34,136 nucleotides of DNA from a virus (lineage: Duplodnaviria; Caudoviricetes). The notes below the pieces were generated by a model. It saw only the letters and a list, made by a program, of their open reading frames with translations. It did no database searches and was not told where the DNA came from. This document shows, piece by piece, positions 1 to 8,307 of this stretch. Position 1 is the stretch's first letter; each line of letters opens with the position of its first letter. Made by a program: the position numbers and the translations under genes. Location of the stretch: IMG/VR virus record IMGVR_UViG_3300033067_001496, positions 1-34,136 of that record. One strand, written 5' to 3'.

Positions 1-16
1 GCTGTCCCTTTGAGGT

Positions 17-77
17 AAGAGCTGTTTTTTCCTCTCGATGGGCAACGCCTATCGGGTGGAAAGGATAGCTCTTTTTT
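17..77 (+). terminator. Long G.U-rich hairpin with U-tract
   Basis: AAGAGCTGTTTTTTCC-T-CTCGATGGGC-AAC-GCCTATCGGG-T-GGAAAGGATAGCTCTT then TTTT; several G.U pairs only work on the + strand. Confidence 0.7.
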
Positions 78-104
78 ATTGCAAAAAAATAATCTCATTT
101 TTAT

Positions 105-194
105 GCTCCCGTAGCTTAACTGGATAGAGCAGAGCTCTTGAAAAGCTTAGCGTGTCGTAGCGCCTAGATGAAGGTCCAAATCCTTCCGGGAGCA
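105..194 (+). tRNA. Atypical tRNA, anticodon TGA (Ser), long variable arm
   Basis: Acceptor GCTCCCG/CGGGAGC, D stem GCTT/GAGC, anticodon stem GAGCT/AGCTT with loop CTTGAAA, 21-nt variable region, T arm GAAGG-TCCAAAT-CCTTC; no encoded CCA. Confidence 0.75.
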
Positions 195-272
195 CAATGA
201 TGAGACTATTTCAATAAATTCTATATTTAGTATAGACAGGACTTTGCATTGTACGTCAAGATATCAAAATCT

Positions 273-491
273 TCAAGACTCATACGGGTCTGGAATTGGA
301 CTGCTCAGACGATCCAACTCATCACTCACTCTATCTTCAGCTGCTATGGCTTCCTGTTCTGCTACTCTTGTATGAGACATTTTGGCCCGTCTTCTCATTA
401 ACTCTACATTCTCCCAGAGTTCAGTGACATGTCTATCTTCTACCTTGATAACAAAATCATTTGCTAGTTGTAGTACTTCTTTCATAGACAA
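273..491 (-). CDS. Hypothetical protein
   Basis: 72 aa ORF at the end of the lysis operon. Confidence 0.6.
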   Translation of the reverse strand: MSMKEVLQLANDFVIKVEDRHVTELWENVELMRRRAKMSHTRVAEQEAIAAEDRVSDELDRLSSPIPDPYES

Positions 492-684
492 TATTTAACG
501 TATCCTGCATGTACTGTTTAGCACGCTCAGGATCGTCTTCCATAAATTCAGCGGCACGATATGAAAAGCAGTCGGTAAGATATACCCTCATTTCCTGATC
601 CATATTCTTTGTAAGCATTGCATTGAATAATGAATCCCTAAAGGTACGTAACTGATCCCAGTTATCACGCCACTGCTCTTTCAT
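457..684 (-). CDS. Hypothetical protein
   Basis: 75 aa ORF tightly coupled to the upstream holin. Confidence 0.6.
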   Translation of the reverse strand: MKEQWRDNWDQLRTFRDSLFNAMLTKNMDQEMRVYLTDCFSYRAAEFMEDDPERAKQYMQDTLNIVYERSTTTSK

Positions 685-685
685 A

Positions 686-898
686 TTACTGCCCGATGAT
701 ACCGTTATAGTCGATACTTTTTGTTTTCTTTAAGAACTCATTTAGAGCGTTCAAAAAGGCTATCACTCCCGCTACTCCTACACCCTTCCAGTCAATTGAG
801 TTGGAACTTAACCCAACAATTAAAAGAGGAATCATAGCTAAGAGAGCTACTTTAACGAACTCTTTTAGTGCGATTAATAATGATTGCTGCCATTTCAT
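686..898 (-). CDS. Holin-like protein, 2 TM segments
   Basis: SD AAGGAGGTG before ATG at 898; two hydrophobic segments separated by IDWK; basic C-terminal region. Confidence 0.7.
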   Translation of the reverse strand: MKWQQSLLIALKEFVKVALLAMIPLLIVGLSSNSIDWKGVGVAGVIAFLNALNEFLKKTKSIDYNGIIGQ

Positions 899-911
899 AT
901 AATTCACCTCC

Positions 912-1043
912 TTATTTATCTAACCAAAGTAATACAATCCCGATTCCTGCCAATACTGCGGCAACTACTGCACCTGCTGGTACTGAAAGAATAGGGGCTA
1001 TTAAAAAGACTGCTACTGCTGTCCAAAGTAATTTACTACCCAT
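912..1043 (-). CDS. Small membrane protein, 43 aa (below ORF-track cutoff)
   Basis: MGSKLLWTAVAVFLIAPILSVPAGAVVAAVLAGIGIVLLWLDK; SD-like AAGGAAGTG. Confidence 0.7.
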   Translation of the reverse strand: MGSKLLWTAVAVFLIAPILSVPAGAVVAAVLAGIGIVLLWLDK

Positions 1044-1080
1044 ATATATTCACTTCCTTTCTTTACGATTAACTTGTCAA

Positions 1081-1194
1081 TTATCTTGACCAATACAACA
1101 TATATGCTGTTGCTACTGCTATCCCTACAACAAATCCTGTTGAAATGATGGCATAACTCCATTTGTTTGATAGTTCTTCATCTTTTCTTGTCAT
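1081..1194 (-). CDS. Small membrane protein, 37 aa
   Basis: MTRKDEELSNKWSYAIISTGFVVGIAVATAYMLYWSR; ATGA overlap with the endolysin stop. Confidence 0.65.
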   Translation of the reverse strand: MTRKDEELSNKWSYAIISTGFVVGIAVATAYMLYWSR

Positions 1195-1709
1195 AACTGA
1201 CCTGCAAGGAACTTGACTTGTGACACTTTAGAATCAATAGACGTTCCACCGTTAATCGTGGCTACTATTTGATTGAGAATGTCCTGACGATGATCCCCTT
1301 GTTTCACTCGTAACCATCCGAGAATGCCTTTATATGAGTGGTTCTGAGTATGGGGTTTAGACCCTGTAGGGAAGTTCTGGTCAAAGCTCTGTATACTCAT
1401 GACATCCCCTGAGAGGTAGATTGCTACATGACCTGCTGGCCCTAGTCCAGTTCCCCAAAAGAGAATATCACCCTTCTTAGGTACACCCGTTGGAGTGTTA
1501 GGTATGAGATCAAACTGTTCATGACCATATACAGCGTTAAAGTTTAAAAACACATCTTTAGCTGTTGGTGCTGCAAGGACTCGTTTATCACTTATTCCCA
1601 GTACATCAATGCAATACTGGTGCATTAAGTCCATACACTGGAACCCGTAAGCTCCATCTGTATCCACCCCTATCCCTGTATATTTTTTTACAAAGTCATC
1701 TATTGTCAC
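1191..1709 (-). CDS. Endolysin, CHAP-domain amidase/peptidase
   Basis: DGAYGFQCMDL (catalytic Cys), PKKGDILFW, GHVAI (catalytic His), DQN; GTG start. Confidence 0.9.
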   Translation of the reverse strand: MTIDDFVKKYTGIGVDTDGAYGFQCMDLMHQYCIDVLGISDKRVLAAPTAKDVFLNFNAVYGHEQFDLIPNTPTGVPKKGDILFWGTGLGPAGHVAIYLSGDVMSIQSFDQNFPTGSKPHTQNHSYKGILGWLRVKQGDHRQDILNQIVATINGGTSIDSKVSQVKFLAGQL

Positions 1710-1837
1710 TTTCCCGCCTTTCTTAACAGGCTGGAATAAATAGACCGGAGAGCTGAACGGAGCCTGTCACCCGTTAGCCCTAATAATTTCGCTTGTTTTC
1801 TTGATGTAGCTCGTAGTTGTCTGGTTGTTGGTTTCAT
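1706..1837 (-). CDS. Small basic protein, 43 aa
   Basis: Start MKPTTRQ at 1837 gives an ATGA overlap with the upstream stop; its stop overlaps the endolysin GTG. Confidence 0.55.
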   Translation of the reverse strand: MKPTTRQLRATSRKQAKLLGLTGDRLRSALRSIYSSLLRKAGK

Positions 1838-2115
1838 GCTTTGAAATTCTGAATATAAAATACGACTAAATATGTTGCTACAGCGGTGAAAACGGAGGTA
1901 AGGACTGGAGTGAGATATTTCCACATGTTTCTGTTGTTTTCTACGGATACAAGACGTGTTTCTAACGACTTTTGAAGGTCATCAAATTGTAGTTTAGTTA
2001 TATATACCCCAGAGAGCTCTTTTATAGATGCGTTAATAGAAGCAATATCCTTTTGTATGTAAGCGATATCTTTTCCTATTAATTCTATTTTTGTTTGGTC
2101 AGTCTGCTGTAGCAT
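1834..2115 (-). CDS. Coiled-coil protein with C-terminal TM helix (holin/XhlA-like)
   Basis: Heptad N-terminus, one C-terminal hydrophobic helix, upstream of the endolysin. Confidence 0.65.
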   Translation of the reverse strand: MLQQTDQTKIELIGKDIAYIQKDIASINASIKELSGVYITKLQFDDLQKSLETRLVSVENNRNMWKYLTPVLTSVFTAVATYLVVFYIQNFKA

Positions 2116-2157
2116 ATGCTAGAAATTTTTTAATAATTTGGATATAATGCTATTATT

Positions 2158-2652
2158 ATGTTTGTTGATATCCCTGAATTCGAAGGCCTGTATGCTATAA
2201 GTAAGCTGGGTGAGATTTGGAGCCATAAAACTAATGCAAAATTGAAACCTATTAAGCTCAAAATTGGCTATACAGTTGTAAACCTCCACAAAAATAGAAA
2301 ACGCCACGTTCTTTATATTCATCGTCTTGTGATGAGGACTTTTGTCGGTCCATGCCCCAAAGGTATGAACGTTAATCATAAAAATGGGATAAAAGCTGAT
2401 AACAGATTGCAAAATCTTGAGTATCTTACATATAGTGACAATGAAAAGCATGCTTATAAATTTCTTAAAAAGATTTATCCCGCCAAAAAAGGAATAGACC
2501 AGTGGAGACATAAATTTACAGAACAAGACATTCTTAAAATTAGACAACTTTATAAAGAAGGAATTCGACAACCAATGATCGCAAAAATATATAACTGCAC
2601 TCAGCCTGCTATATCTGCAATTACCACTAGAAAGAACTGGAAACATATCTAG
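2158..2652 (+). CDS. NUMOD4-HNH-HTH homing endonuclease (I-HmuI-like)
   Basis: DIPEFEGLYAISKLGEIWS (NUMOD4), IHRLVMRTF..VNHKNGIKADNRLQNLEY (HNH), C-terminal HTH; TATAAT 9 nt upstream of ATG. Confidence 0.9.
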   Translation: MFVDIPEFEGLYAISKLGEIWSHKTNAKLKPIKLKIGYTVVNLHKNRKRHVLYIHRLVMRTFVGPCPKGMNVNHKNGIKADNRLQNLEYLTYSDNEKHAYKFLKKIYPAKKGIDQWRHKFTEQDILKIRQLYKEGIRQPMIAKIYNCTQPAISAITTRKNWKHI

Positions 2653-2697
2653 TATATTGTTGTTTATTAAGGCGATTTTGGTTTCGTCAGTCGGCAT
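2653..2697 (-). pseudogene. Relic N-terminus of the 1834..2115 gene
   Basis: MPTDETKIALINNNI vs QQTDQTKIELIGKDI (8/15 identical); abuts the HNH stop codon. Confidence 0.7.
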
Positions 2698-2713
2698 GAT
2701 TTTCCCCATAAAG

Positions 2714-3187
2714 TTATGAACTCATAAATATATAACCACCTATAAAATCGTCAGGTGCATAAATGTTCATTTCATCAATTTCTAGGAATGATCCATCTCC
2801 GTTATTTGCGGAAATGTTGAGGCGATATTTTTGGTATTTAGTGGTGTTTGTGAATCCTGTAAATATTTTTGGTGTACCCGTAACCCACGTTGTGATCCCA
2901 GACTGAGTATCTAATGTTACCCAACTAGATCCATTCCACCCCTGATATGTCCAGTCCTTAGGTGCACGCGTTGTAGATTGAGGCTCTATACGATATTCAT
3001 CTGAAGCCCACAAAACTGAACCGAAGTCATATTCAAGTGTCCCGCTCGTAGCATTTGCGATCCATTGACTGTCTGCTTTATCAAATGCGTGCCATGCTGC
3101 CCCTGAAGCTTCATTAGAAGCAGTCACCACGTTTGGCGAAGGTGCTGAATTTGAAGACATCGTAGCTGTACGATCTATTCCACTCAT
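2714..3187 (-). CDS. Discoidin/F5-8 type C-like virion protein
   Basis: AWHAFD, LEYDFG, APKDWTYQG..W..LDT, YQKYRLNISANNG. Confidence 0.75.
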   Translation of the reverse strand: MSGIDRTATMSSNSAPSPNVVTASNEASGAAWHAFDKADSQWIANATSGTLEYDFGSVLWASDEYRIEPQSTTRAPKDWTYQGWNGSSWVTLDTQSGITTWVTGTPKIFTGFTNTTKYQKYRLNISANNGDGSFLEIDEMNIYAPDDFIGGYIFMSS

Positions 3188-3195
3188 AAAAACTC

Positions 3196-4146
3196 CTATA
3201 AATCGTTATATTGAGCTACTCCAAAACGAATAATTACTCCCATTAATCGAGCATCAGAGGTGTTTGTATCATTTGCAGGATCTCTCGCAACTCTAAACTG
3301 AACCCAGTCCCCTGCAGTTGGTGTTCCAGCTATAGTTATTGCTGAAGTAATTGCACTGATATGAACTTGACCAGTAGAAAGAAGTGTGTCTGTAACCTCT
3401 TGTAGAGTTCCATATGCCGTGTCTAGCGCATCGCCATCTGAAAATGATCCACCGGACAATTCCCAGTTAACCGTTCCAGATCCTGCTGTTGCATACCACA
3501 CAAATTGAGCTGTCACAGTAGAAGCATCCCAGTACTTAGGAGAAGGGATACCAAACTCTGCATATTCTTTAGATGTTCCCGCTCCATCAAAATCAAGCAC
3601 CTTTATATTCACTTTGTTTGTAGAAGTCTCTACCTGAGTCAAAGCGGCACAACCTGCAGTTGTTGAAGGATACATAGCAGAAGCTGGGACATAAATTCCA
3701 CGTTTAGGATCTGCACTATTTACCTGAATATTAGATGTTGAAGCAGGAAGATTAGCATCGTTAGATGATACTGCTACCACTTTGGTTCCATCTACAGCTC
3801 CAGTCGATTGAGTAAGTATATTTTTTAAAGAATCAATTAAATCATTCCACATGAGCGCACTGAATATACCTCGCACAGATGTGGTGGCCGCATGAGCTTG
3901 AGGTGATCCACCTTCCAACCCTCTGTTTGCCAAAGGAGTAGTAAGATCACTACCTGCAAGTCCTGTAGCATAAGCTATTTCCTCTGTGGCTGTTCCCTCG
4001 TCTAAAAGTATAAGTCCTTCACCGCTTTTAGCCTGAAAATTAGTTGTAGATGTAAGCGGAGTGGTCGTTTGAATATTTGTCATCGATGATGGCGTAGTTG
4101 TAGAGGCTGAATTTCCTATTGCGTATTTTAGTTTTGGTGCTGCCAT
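3196..4146 (-). CDS. Tail fibre/spike-like structural protein
   Basis: Thr/Ser/Ala-rich; N-terminal EEIAYA..RGLEG..AH module common in phage tail proteins; beta-rich C domain. Confidence 0.6.
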   Translation of the reverse strand: MAAPKLKYAIGNSASTTTPSSMTNIQTTTPLTSTTNFQAKSGEGLILLDEGTATEEIAYATGLAGSDLTTPLANRGLEGGSPQAHAATTSVRGIFSALMWNDLIDSLKNILTQSTGAVDGTKVVAVSSNDANLPASTSNIQVNSADPKRGIYVPASAMYPSTTAGCAALTQVETSTNKVNIKVLDFDGAGTSKEYAEFGIPSPKYWDASTVTAQFVWYATAGSGTVNWELSGGSFSDGDALDTAYGTLQEVTDTLLSTGQVHISAITSAITIAGTPTAGDWVQFRVARDPANDTNTSDARLMGVIIRFGVAQYNDL

Positions 4147-4158
4147 AATTTATCCATT

Positions 4159-4243
4159 AAAAAAGGACAGACGGATGGTCTGTCCTGCCCCTATAAGGGA
4201 ACGGTCAATATATTTCTTGTAACAGAAAGATGGTTATAGTCAA
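4159..4243 (-). promoter_or_regulatory. Promoter plus attenuator leader, copy D
   Basis: TTGACTATAAC..TGACC-GTT-CCCTTATAGGGG-CA-GGACAGAC-CATCC-GTCTGTCC-T6. Confidence 0.85.
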
Positions 4244-4248
4244 CTTAT

Positions 4249-7200
4249 TTAAAGTTTTAACTTTTTAACTTTAACTTTTTTTATTTTCTTAGACTTTGAT
4301 ATTTTTATTTTTTTAGATTTTCCACCGCCTAATCTAAACTTTTTATATTTAATGGTCTTCAATTTGCTCCCTAATTGATCAGCTGTAATTTTATTAGCTT
4401 GAAAATCTTTGAGCGCTTGATTTGACTCAGATGTTAGTGATCCTGTTTCTTTGTTTTTTTTCAATTGCTCATATGATCTTACCTGCGAAGTTTGAGAGCC
4501 TGATCTAACTTGGGCTTTAAAACGTTGAAGTTCTAAATCTCTTGTCATTTTTCGAGCTTGATCATCAGTGATTTTCCCAGAAGTATTAAGATTTATAATG
4601 TCTGATATTTGACTATTTAATTGTGTTGAGTAGTCTTTTAGTAAAACAGAATCTACATCTGGTTGACCTGTTAATTTAGGAACTGGAACAGGTGTTAGAT
4701 CAGCTGTTTTTAACTTTCCATCAGAACCAATATAATATTGAGCATTAGGGTTATTTTCTAGTTTTTGTATCTGTTTAATACCTATTTCTTGTGGAATGTC
4801 TCCTCGATTTACTCCACCTTTAATATCATTAACCTGAAATTTAACTGCCTCCTGTTTTTTCTCATCAATTGCCTGTTGTTCTTCTGGAGTTCTTTTTTGT
4901 CCACCTATGAACCGTCTTAATATTGGAGCTTTATTGATAATTTCACCCTGATTATTTTGATCGCTCTTATATTGATCTGGTACTAATGGATTAACTACAG
5001 TAGAACCTATCTTTGCCCATCCTGTAGCGTAACCCTCTATCATGTTTTGAATTTTAGCGGGCGACACACCAATTTTGTCTCCAATCATTTTGTATATCGG
5101 TGACGTGTATGAAGTAGATTGATATCCTGCTGGATAATTCTTTTTATAGTCAGGCACAATTTGCTGACCGCTAAAGAAACTATAATTGGCTGCGTTTTCT
5201 GCCAAAGGTCGAAGTGTTGTTGGTATAAGGTCTCCAGAATTATCTATTGGAGAAAACGCCTTTAATGAAGCAATAAGCGACTTTTGTACATCTCCGCCTT
5301 TCCCTTCTGCAAACGACATAAAATTTTCTATTGGATTTGCCAGTTTTCCTATTTCACCTTTGGGAATTTTTACGTATTGAGCTCCTCCCAGTTGAGGGAT
5401 AGGAGTATCACTTAGCATGATGATAAAGTTGCTATCTTTGTCGCTTTGAGATACAACTCTTGGATCATTGTATGACTGAAATCCTCGGTTATGAGCGTAG
5501 AGAGCCATGGCTGGAGCTGCGGTTATCATTCCTATTCTTAATGAAGCTCCTGCAGGGTCATTTTTAACAGTTCTTAAAAGTCTATCAATGCCTTGAACGC
5601 GAGCATTTAAAAACGCATATATAGCATTTATAGATTGTGTTTTAGATCCTCTTCGTGCAAAATTAACTGTTCCTTCCTGAGCTGCATTAGCTGCTCGAAT
5701 AGCTGCTTCCTGTGGATTCAAACCTTGTTTAATACCTTTCTTTAATGCGTCTTCAAACATTGAAATTCGAGTAGGTTGCTCAGAATATTCACCTAGCGCT
5801 TGAAGAACGTGCACAATTGAACTTGGTTTAGGCAAAGATAATCCTTTGTTTCCTGTTATGTCCTCTACTGTGTTACGTAAAAAGGGTCGATCTAGAGCAA
5901 CTCGTGAGGTCATACCGCCAGATTTTAAGAAGTCCTGATAAACAGAATCCTGTTTAATCATGTGAGCCAAGCCACTAACCCACTTTAAAGGGTTAAGTCC
6001 AGTATTAACAAACGCACTTTGTAAGTCTCTAGCTACGTTCGGAGCCATAAATTCAGGATTTAACCCCGTAGCTGAGGCTCTAAATATTTTAGTTGGAAAC
6101 GCAAGAATTTTTACAATTGTATTTAATGCTTCTTCGGATAATCCTTTTGCTGCATCTGCAACTTCTTGTGGAACTGCATAGTGTTCAACTTTCCCATTTT
6201 CGAACAATGCAATATTTGATTGATTACCTACAGGGCCATTTATTTTTTTAATAGTTCCTTCTGGAAGTTTTGGAGCTAGACTAACCAAGGTCTTAGCTAC
6301 TTCTTGTCGTTTCGCAAGTCCAACCATTTTATAGGTAGCTTCTACAATACTTTCTATAGGATCTTGAATTGCTTTATCACTTCCCTTAATTCCCTTTACA
6401 ACATCCTGACTAGATATTGATCCGGCACCCTTAGCTGGTGTCATGCCTAAAAATGTATCGACTTGATCCATTACACGTTTAAAGGGAACATAAAACTGAT
6501 TTTTTTTCTTCATTGCGTTATATGATTCCTTACTCATAATGCCAGTATCAACAAGATAAGTTTTTGTCATAGTATCTTGATACTGATAAAGTTTAGTTAA
6601 TGTCTGGCCCAATGCTTTAGTCTTTTCTGGACCTAATTTTTCCTGTAATTTTCTTAATACACTTAACGCATTTACAGATTGAGAATCGAGTTTTTTATCT
6701 CCAGCCAATGACTGAATATCTTCTACAATATTACTTCCTCTGATGCCTCGCTTTGCCAGTTCTAAATCCCGCATGGCAATAGCTGCTGATCGTAAATCTC
6801 CTATGTCATGCTCTTTTAAAATAGGAGCAAGTTCAAAATCTACATGATACTGTCCTATCGATCCCGTTCCATAATATCCCGTCATAGCATTCCTCATGGC
6901 CTGATCTTCTCCTGCTTTGTGTGCAACTTGTGATAACGGATTAAACCTGTCAATAGCCTCAGTGTAAAACTTGTTTACTTTTGATTTTATTCCGTCCAGA
7001 AAAGTATTGGAGTTGTTTTGTGGTATACTTCCAGGCAATGAAAGAGGTTTTTCTGGTGGCATCCCTGATCCTCCCTGTGACGTTTGTAGCTCTTGGCCTA
7101 CTCGCAACAGTTCTTGTCCCTGTTTCGCTGCTTCGGATGTGGTGGAAGCGTTCCCAACGTCCGGTAGTGCTAAAGCTGTTCCTGCTGTTTCTGGGACTGG

Positions 7201-8298
7201 TATGTCTGTATTACTGGCTGCAGGCAGCATGGGGTTCTTCTTTTTCCCAGCCATGGGGTTACTAACCTCTGCGCCAAAGTTTATAAATCCACCTTCGTTA
7301 CCACCTAGGTATTGTTTCCACAATGGGAGTACAATCCTTTTTCCAGTTTTAGGATCTACATCGGTTGTTGCTATTGGAGTATTAAGATGTTTTATCCATC
7401 CTTGAACGTATGAAGAAGACTGTCCTAGGTGTTGAGCTATATTATTTACTATGGCCCCTCCCACATCTCCACTGGTTTGAGATAAGGCACCTACAACTAG
7501 TCCAAAAGCCGCCTGATCTGTAGCATTTTTAATTCTATCTTGCGTACCTGGCTGTAAAAGTCCCGTAAATCCAGACTCAAGACCATTTTTAACAGAACTC
7601 ATTGCCCCTCGTTTAAGGACTTCTCCTCCAAATGATCGTCCTATACCCGTCAGAGGAGAATTAGATAATTCTTTAGCAAATAAAGGATTAACCTGACCTA
7701 ACGCATTATATTGGGCATTTTGTTCATATCCTTTTGAAAAGTTTTTTGCATAATCTTGAAATAAAGGACGATTATTTAGCGCATTATCTACCGCTCCAAA
7801 TCCTATATTAGTAAGTCCACCAAACGCATTCGCTAAAGGATTTGCTTCACCTGCAAATCTTAATCCACTGTATAAATCATTAGCCTGACTATTCTGATTT
7901 TGAGACTGCCATTTAGTTATCTGATCAGTAATTGGTTTTGAATAGTCAATTTGAGTAAGAGGAGCGAGATATATACCTAGTTGTACTGGGGGTGAAGTGC
8001 GTACAGCTGCTGCAGCCTCTCCTGGTAGACGCTGGATAGTATCTTGAGCTGTTTGTCCAATGATGTTTCGAAAGGGATCTGTGATTTGTTGTGCTAGATT
8101 TCTATCCTGTGGAACGGGAGAGACAGTAGGACGAATAGAATCACCTACAAATTGAGAGAAATCATTGACGGTGTTTTGAATCTGTGGGCCTATTTTAGAG
8201 GCTATATACGGTATAGGTGCAGTATGAAGCGTGTCAGAAAGTTTCTGACCTATTGGAGCTAATTTCTTTTTGTATTCTTCAATAAGATTGATAGACAC
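4249..8298 (-). CDS. Large internal virion/ejection protein with LPD38-like C-terminal region
   Basis: 1349 aa, GTG start with GGAG SD; EGTVNFARRG, YVKIPKG, LRPLAENAANYSFFSGQQIVP resemble LPD38-containing large polyvalent proteins; Lys-rich tail. Confidence 0.7.
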   Translation of the reverse strand: MSINLIEEYKKKLAPIGQKLSDTLHTAPIPYIASKIGPQIQNTVNDFSQFVGDSIRPTVSPVPQDRNLAQQITDPFRNIIGQTAQDTIQRLPGEAAAAVRTSPPVQLGIYLAPLTQIDYSKPITDQITKWQSQNQNSQANDLYSGLRFAGEANPLANAFGGLTNIGFGAVDNALNNRPLFQDYAKNFSKGYEQNAQYNALGQVNPLFAKELSNSPLTGIGRSFGGEVLKRGAMSSVKNGLESGFTGLLQPGTQDRIKNATDQAAFGLVVGALSQTSGDVGGAIVNNIAQHLGQSSSYVQGWIKHLNTPIATTDVDPKTGKRIVLPLWKQYLGGNEGGFINFGAEVSNPMAGKKKNPMLPAASNTDIPVPETAGTALALPDVGNASTTSEAAKQGQELLRVGQELQTSQGGSGMPPEKPLSLPGSIPQNNSNTFLDGIKSKVNKFYTEAIDRFNPLSQVAHKAGEDQAMRNAMTGYYGTGSIGQYHVDFELAPILKEHDIGDLRSAAIAMRDLELAKRGIRGSNIVEDIQSLAGDKKLDSQSVNALSVLRKLQEKLGPEKTKALGQTLTKLYQYQDTMTKTYLVDTGIMSKESYNAMKKKNQFYVPFKRVMDQVDTFLGMTPAKGAGSISSQDVVKGIKGSDKAIQDPIESIVEATYKMVGLAKRQEVAKTLVSLAPKLPEGTIKKINGPVGNQSNIALFENGKVEHYAVPQEVADAAKGLSEEALNTIVKILAFPTKIFRASATGLNPEFMAPNVARDLQSAFVNTGLNPLKWVSGLAHMIKQDSVYQDFLKSGGMTSRVALDRPFLRNTVEDITGNKGLSLPKPSSIVHVLQALGEYSEQPTRISMFEDALKKGIKQGLNPQEAAIRAANAAQEGTVNFARRGSKTQSINAIYAFLNARVQGIDRLLRTVKNDPAGASLRIGMITAAPAMALYAHNRGFQSYNDPRVVSQSDKDSNFIIMLSDTPIPQLGGAQYVKIPKGEIGKLANPIENFMSFAEGKGGDVQKSLIASLKAFSPIDNSGDLIPTTLRPLAENAANYSFFSGQQIVPDYKKNYPAGYQSTSYTSPIYKMIGDKIGVSPAKIQNMIEGYATGWAKIGSTVVNPLVPDQYKSDQNNQGEIINKAPILRRFIGGQKRTPEEQQAIDEKKQEAVKFQVNDIKGGVNRGDIPQEIGIKQIQKLENNPNAQYYIGSDGKLKTADLTPVPVPKLTGQPDVDSVLLKDYSTQLNSQISDIINLNTSGKITDDQARKMTRDLELQRFKAQVRSGSQTSQVRSYEQLKKNKETGSLTSESNQALKDFQANKITADQLGSKLKTIKYKKFRLGGGKSKKIKISKSKKIKKVKVKKLKL

Positions 8299-8307
8299 AT
8301 ATACTCC

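Noticed and set aside
229-259. Minus-strand promoter TTGACG-N19-TATACT antisense to the tRNA
   Set aside because: 19-bp spacer is non-optimal and no leader motif follows; unsupported
2065-2652. Group I intron
   Set aside because: The HNH is antisense to the host gene and there is no flanking sequence for a catalytic core
2119-2709. 196-aa minus-strand ORF as an ordinary protein gene
   Set aside because: Mostly the in-register antisense of the HNH; kept only as a relic start and possible coupling frame
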